NCBI GenBank assembly: GCA_030632085.1
Contig: DAOVJY010000003.1
Location: 23,809 to 87,808, forward strand
DNA length: 64,000 nt
Source: Candidatus Omnitrophota bacterium
GTDB lineage: Bacteria; Omnitrophota; Gorgyraeia; JAGLLT01
Direction: 5' to 3'
The translations under genes were made by a program, and so were the position numbers. The notes beneath the pieces are model-generated. The model ran no database searches and was not told the DNA's origin. It saw only the letters and a list, made by a program, of their open reading frames with translations. Numbering within the stretch: the stretch's first letter is position 1; every line of letters begins with the position of its first letter. This document shows, in pieces, positions 63,203 to 64,000 of this stretch.

Positions 63203-64000
63203 ATGTCACCTAAAGCCGTCAATAAAGGAATTGAAAATTTAAGGAAAAAAGGGAGTAAGATTTATTCTGAGGGGCCGCAGATGCTTCCTAATATTTCCCT
63301 AATGCTGGCCGGGGGAGTAATTAAAAAAATCAAGGACTGCAAGAAACCTTTTATAACTATAGTCAATTCATATACAACCCAAGTGCCCGGACATGCCCAC
63401 CTTGATAAAATCGGAGAGATCGTAAAAAGTGAACTTGAAAAACAGGGAGTTAATGTCTGGTATACCAATATCGGAGGAGCTATCTGTGACGGTATAGCTA
63501 TGGGACATTTTGGCATGAAATATTCCCTGGCTTCACGTGAACTTATTGTTGATCAGATAGAGACTATTATAGGGGCACATCCTTGTGATGCCTGGATAGG
63601 CATAGGAAACTGCGATAAGATTGTACCCGGTATGTATAATGCTATGGCTAGATTAAATATACCGGCTATTTATTTAAGCGGCGGGCCGATGTTAGCCGGT
63701 TGTGGTAATACTGACTTAATATCGGTTTTTGAAGGAGTTGGGGCTAATTCAGCCGGTAAAATGTCAAAGAGCGAATTAGAGCACCTAGCTGAAGTTGCCT
63801 GCCCCGGTTACGGCAGCTGTTCAGGTATGTTTACAGCTAATTCCATGAATTGTTTAGGTGAGGTTTTGGGTTTTGCGCTCCCCGGAAACGGTACTATAAC
63901 AGCCACAAAAAAACAAAAAGGCAAAATAAGACAGTTTAAGCTTAACCCCAAGAGAGCAAAATTAGCCAAGGAAGCCGTTCATACTCTTATTAAATTGCTA
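63203..64000 (+). CDS. ilvD: dihydroxy-acid dehydratase (IlvD/EDD family), 3'-truncated by the window end
   Basis: ATG at 63203 after AGGAGGG. PNISLMLAGGV...IVNSYTTQVPGHAHL...CDKIVPGM are IlvD motifs. The frame is open to the end of the window. Confidence 0.75.
   Translation, partial: MSPKAVNKGIENLRKKGSKIYSEGPQMLPNISLMLAGGVIKKIKDCKKPFITIVNSYTTQVPGHAHLDKIGEIVKSELEKQGVNVWYTNIGGAICDGIAMGHFGMKYSLASRELIVDQIETIIGAHPCDAWIGIGNCDKIVPGMYNAMARLNIPAIYLSGGPMLAGCGNTDLISVFEGVGANSAGKMSKSELEHLAEVACPGYGSCSGMFTANSMNCLGEVLGFALPGNGTITATKKQKGKIRQFKLNPKRAKLAKEAVHTLIKLL

Noticed and set aside
1-64000. A search for CRISPR arrays (regular 25-40-bp repeats with unique spacers).
   Set aside because: No periodic repeat-spacer structure was seen anywhere in the window. 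The only multi-copy elements are the tRNA-end repeats and the 150-nt structured repeat.

Overview
The window looks like chromosomal DNA from a low-GC anaerobe. It is interrupted by two tRNA-associated accessory regions.

Core genes include a Rex regulator and a trimeric [FeFe]-hydrogenase (HydC/HydB/HydA-like) with its maturase operon (hydF, hydG, hydE plus the small TM1266-like regulator). Also present are fused pabB-pabC, dnaX, recR, tadA, greA, cold-shock proteins, an ABC-F ATPase, two flavoproteins, an aspartate 4-decarboxylase/Asp:Ala antiporter pair (asdA-aspT) and the start of ilvD.

Accessory region 1 (about 2566-14431) is an AT-rich island of roughly 11.9 kb. It sits at the 3' end of tRNA-Ser(GCU) and is bounded by a 24-bp direct repeat of the tRNA end. 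It carries an xis-int module (tyrosine integrase), an XRE regulator with iterated operators and a HEPN-motif protein with membrane/coiled-coil neighbours. Its most interesting cargo is a tightly coupled four-gene operon: a stand-alone RadC N-terminal HhH domain, a large DPPY methyltransferase with a zinc ribbon and C-terminal extension, a small SPPY methyltransferase, and an OLD-family ATPase-Toprim nuclease. This is a candidate undescribed R-M-like defense system with no classical restriction endonuclease.

Accessory region 2 (about 39907-51190) lies downstream of tRNA-Asn(GUU). It looks like a tandem array of three elements, each ending at a copy of GGGGAGCCAA, which is also the tRNA-Asn 3' end. 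Element A has a large serine recombinase, a Xis-like HTH, a HEPN-like zinc-ribbon protein, a RAYT/IS200 fragment and a caspase-fold cassette. Element B has an 800-aa GHKL-ATPase protein and partners but no integrase. Element C is a 1.1-kb NYN-nuclease islet flanked by a roughly 150-nt repeat that shows compensatory changes.

Other notable items are a 2097-aa protein fusing a periplasmic CBM-like domain, a roughly 780-aa polytopic membrane domain and a GH94 phosphorylase, with no GT84 domain. A secreted glycosidase shares the CBM-like domain. There are 5' tRNA-fragment duplications upstream of tRNA-Arg and tRNA-Asn, and unusual cluster-ligand substitutions in HydA and the NuoE-like subunit. No CRISPR array was seen.
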